From Chthoniobacteraceae bacterium (lineage in GTDB: Bacteria; Verrucomicrobiota; Verrucomicrobiia; Chthoniobacterales; Chthoniobacteraceae): 10,461 nucleotides of DNA. Position numbers and translations under genes: made by a program. The stretch is from the NCBI GenBank assembly GCA_031409655.1, contig JANNXQ010000190.1, positions 1-10,461 of the forward strand, written 5' to 3'. The notes below the pieces were generated by a model, which was given only the letters and a program-made list of their open reading frames with translations, searched no databases and had not been told where the DNA came from. This document shows, one piece after another, positions 8,209 to 10,461 of the stretch. Position 1 is the stretch's first letter. Every line of letters starts with the position of its first letter.

Positions 8209-9275
8209 CCACCCGCGAGCGCGCCAACCAGCTTGCGAGAGCCGCCACGCTGTTTCCTTTCCTAGGCGAAACGAGTGCGGAGAATTTGCTCACCATCGTC
8301 GAGTCCGAACTCGGCCACGCCAGCGCGCTGGACGAATTCGTGCCGCGCGGGCCGCATCTCGCGCGGGCGTCCGCGCCGGCCACCATCCTGCACATCGTCA
8401 GCAGCAATACGCCCGCCGCCGGGCTTCAGAGCTTGATCCGCGGGCTGCTCCTCGGTGCGCACAATCTCTGCAAGATTCCCTCCTCGGGCCTGCCGGAACT
8501 CACCCACTTTCGGAATGTACTGCCGTCGGCGCTCGCAGGCATCGTCGAAATTTCGAGCGATCTGCCAGACGAATGGCTCACCCGCGCCGATGCGCTCATC
8601 GTCTTCGGCAGCGACCAGACCATCGCGCACTTCCGCGGTCTCGCGCGACCCAATCAGACATTCGTCGCGCACGGTCACCGGCTCAGCTTCGGCGTGCTTT
8701 TTGCCGATCCGGAATTTGCGCGCGTGCCCGCCGCCGTGGCCGACGCCATCGCCTTCGATCAACTCGGCTGCCTCTCGCCGCACGTTTTCTACATCGCCGG
8801 CGATGCCCGGGCCTGCGCGGCGCGCTTCGCCGTGGAGATGCAGCGCGCGGAAGATCGCGAGCCGCGCGGGCCCGTCTCGCTCTCGACTTCCAATGCCATC
8901 CGCGCCCGTCGCGAAGAGCTGAACTTTCGCGCCGCAAATGGCGACTCCATCGCGATGTGGACGAGCAGCCACTCGACGGCGTGGACCGTGGTCTTTGATG
9001 AGTCGCCCGGCTTCCCGCAATCGCCACTCCATCGCTTCATCTACGTGAAATCGCTGCCTGCTGATTTCGCGGCGGAGCTCGCGGCCGTCCGCCCGCACTT
9101 GAGTTGCGCGGGCATCTGGCCGGCCACTTTGGAGAATGCGCAGACCCTCGCGGCGACTGGTGTCTCGCGCATCTGCCCCATCGGCGCGATGCAGATGCCG
9201 CCGTGGACGTGGCATCCAGACGGCCAGCCGGCGATCGGGAATCTGGTGCGCTGGATCGACGCCGAACTCACGTGA
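8205..9275 (+). CDS. luxC: LuxC-family acyl-CoA / acyl-protein reductase
   Basis: ATG at 8205 overlaps the luxE stop (ATGA); 356 aa. Motifs ILHIVSSNTP, GLLLG..NLCKIPSS, ADALIVFGSDQTI, HGHRLSFG, catalytic FDQLGCLSP, GVSRICPIG.MQ.P..TW.PDG..LVRWID. Family-level call. Confidence 0.88.
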   Translation: MTTRERANQLARAATLFPFLGETSAENLLTIVESELGHASALDEFVPRGPHLARASAPATILHIVSSNTPAAGLQSLIRGLLLGAHNLCKIPSSGLPELTHFRNVLPSALAGIVEISSDLPDEWLTRADALIVFGSDQTIAHFRGLARPNQTFVAHGHRLSFGVLFADPEFARVPAAVADAIAFDQLGCLSPHVFYIAGDARACAARFAVEMQRAEDREPRGPVSLSTSNAIRARREELNFRAANGDSIAMWTSSHSTAWTVVFDESPGFPQSPLHRFIYVKSLPADFAAELAAVRPHLSCAGIWPATLENAQTLAATGVSRICPIGAMQMPPWTWHPDGQPAIGNLVRWIDAELT

Positions 9276-10378
9276 GCACCGCGCTCGCCAAGCTTCTCGC
9301 AGCACGCATCGCCAGCGAAGGGCCGATGCCCTTCCGCGAGTTCATGGCGCAGGCGCTCTACCATCCCGAGCACGGCTACTACGGCAGCGACCGCGCGAAG
9401 ATCGGACGCGGCGGGGACTTTTTTACGAACGTGAGTGTTGGGCCGCTCTTCGGCCAGTTGCTGGCGCGGCAGTTTGCGGAAATGTGGGAACGGCTCGGGC
9501 GGCCCGCGGATTTTGCGATCGTCGAGCAAGGCGCGCATCGCGGGGATTTTGCGAGCGACGTTCTCGCGGCCCTGGACCGCTTCGCGCCAGGATGTTTCGC
9601 GGCGACCCGCTATCACATCATCGAGCCCGCGCCCAAGCTCCGCGCGGCGCAGGAGGCGGCGCTCAAGGGCAACGTGGTTTGGCACCCGTCGCTCGCTGAT
9701 CTGCCGCCGTTCACTGGCGTCCACTTTTCCAATGAACTGCTCGACGCGATGCCGGTGCATCTCGTGACGTGGACTGGCACCGAGTGGCTTGAGCGCCACG
9801 TCGCGGTGCAAGATGACGGCTTCGTTTTCACCGATGCTCCGCTCACTTCGGAAACGCTGCGGGCCTATCTCGCGACGGTCCCGCCAGTGCCAGCGGGTTA
9901 CATCACGGAGGTCAATCTCGACGCGCTCGCGTGGCTCGATACCGTCGCAGCGCGGCTCGATCGTGGTTGGGTGCTGACGATCGACTACGGACTTCGCCAC
10001 GAGGATTACTTTGCCCCCGACCGCCGCACCGGCACGCTCCGCGCCTACGCGGGACATCAGGTCAGCGACGATCCGCTCGCCCGCCCCGGCGAGATCGATC
10101 TCACGACACATGTCGAGTTCACCAGTCTCATGGAGCGCGCTGCGCAAATCGGACTCCGCGTCGCGGGCCTCACGGATCAGCATCACTTCATGGTCGGCCT
10201 CGGTCCGCTCCACTTCCGCGACGACGCGGTGCCCGAGATGTCTGAACTGCGCGCCTACAAGACGCTGATGCATCCGACGATGATGGGCACGAGCTTCCAC
10301 GCGCTCTGTTTGTCAAAAGGAACGCCCGAAGCAGCGCCGCTCGCGGGTTTCAAATATGCCCGCGTCCCAGCCGCCTGA
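9272..10378 (+). CDS. SAM-dependent methyltransferase, MidA/NDUFAF7 (DUF185) family
   Basis: GTG at 9272 overlaps the luxC stop (GTGA); 368 aa. Motifs GPMPFREFMAQALYHPEHGYY, IGRGGDFFT, IVEQGAHRG, SNELLDAMPVH, LTIDYG, GTLRAY..H, PGEIDLTTHVEF, Q..F and MG..F.AL. Confidence 0.93.
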   Translation: MSTALAKLLAARIASEGPMPFREFMAQALYHPEHGYYGSDRAKIGRGGDFFTNVSVGPLFGQLLARQFAEMWERLGRPADFAIVEQGAHRGDFASDVLAALDRFAPGCFAATRYHIIEPAPKLRAAQEAALKGNVVWHPSLADLPPFTGVHFSNELLDAMPVHLVTWTGTEWLERHVAVQDDGFVFTDAPLTSETLRAYLATVPPVPAGYITEVNLDALAWLDTVAARLDRGWVLTIDYGLRHEDYFAPDRRTGTLRAYAGHQVSDDPLARPGEIDLTTHVEFTSLMERAAQIGLRVAGLTDQHHFMVGLGPLHFRDDAVPEMSELRAYKTLMHPTMMGTSFHALCLSKGTPEAAPLAGFKYARVPAA

Positions 10379-10413
10379 CGTGTTTGCAAATTCACGCCAG
10401 GTCGCACGCCCAA

Positions 10414-10461
10414 GGAGCAGGGGCGCCCTCGCCCCGAGTTGATCCACGGGGCGAGGGCGCC
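10414..10461. repeat. REP-like inverted doublet (GGAG-type), truncated by the window end
   Basis: GGAG-CA-GGGGCG-CCCT-CGCCCC-G (10414-10436), a 10-nt spacer, then CGGGGCGAGGGCGCC (10447-10461), the perfect reverse complement of 10422-10436. Confidence 0.7.

Noticed and set aside
2161..9271. Longer ORF-track starts at 2161, 6713, 8169 and 9104
   Set aside because: The extensions overlap upstream genes or the A/C-rich leader. Starts at 2242, 6767, 8205 and 9272 fit the domain boundaries and the stop/start coupling better.
7168..9275. Bioluminescence (lux) operon
   Set aside because: No luxA, luxB, luxD or luxG in the window; LuxE/LuxC homologues also occur in non-luminous bacteria.
1314..10300. 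Long minus-strand ORFs (1314..2342, 2740..4587, 4846..6150, 7588..8199, 8262..9305, 9041..10300)
   Set aside because: Antisense shadows of well-supported plus-strand genes, expected with high-GC codon bias, and with no recognisable motifs.

Overview
A GC-rich bacterial window; gene style and content suggest Verrucomicrobia, which is an inference. From left to right it holds: the 5' part of a phosphate acetyltransferase (pta, minus strand, runs off the left edge and is absent from the ORF track), divergent from dapL; a small membrane-anchored BamE/SmpA-like protein; a 1241-aa FecR-TPR-outer-membrane beta-barrel protein (NsrA-type architecture) with no CHASE2 cyclase partner in the window; a stand-alone 96-aa PEGA-like beta-sandwich protein; and a translationally coupled LuxE-like / LuxC-like / MidA(NDUFAF7)-family methyltransferase operon lacking luxAB and luxD. 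Two intergenic elements of unrelated sequence share one design: short tandem repeats (6-mer GAGGAC/GATTAC at 774-911; 7-mer AAAC(GC/TT)Y at 2589-2697) arranged as inverted arms around a short unique spacer. A GGAG-type REP doublet sits at the right edge.
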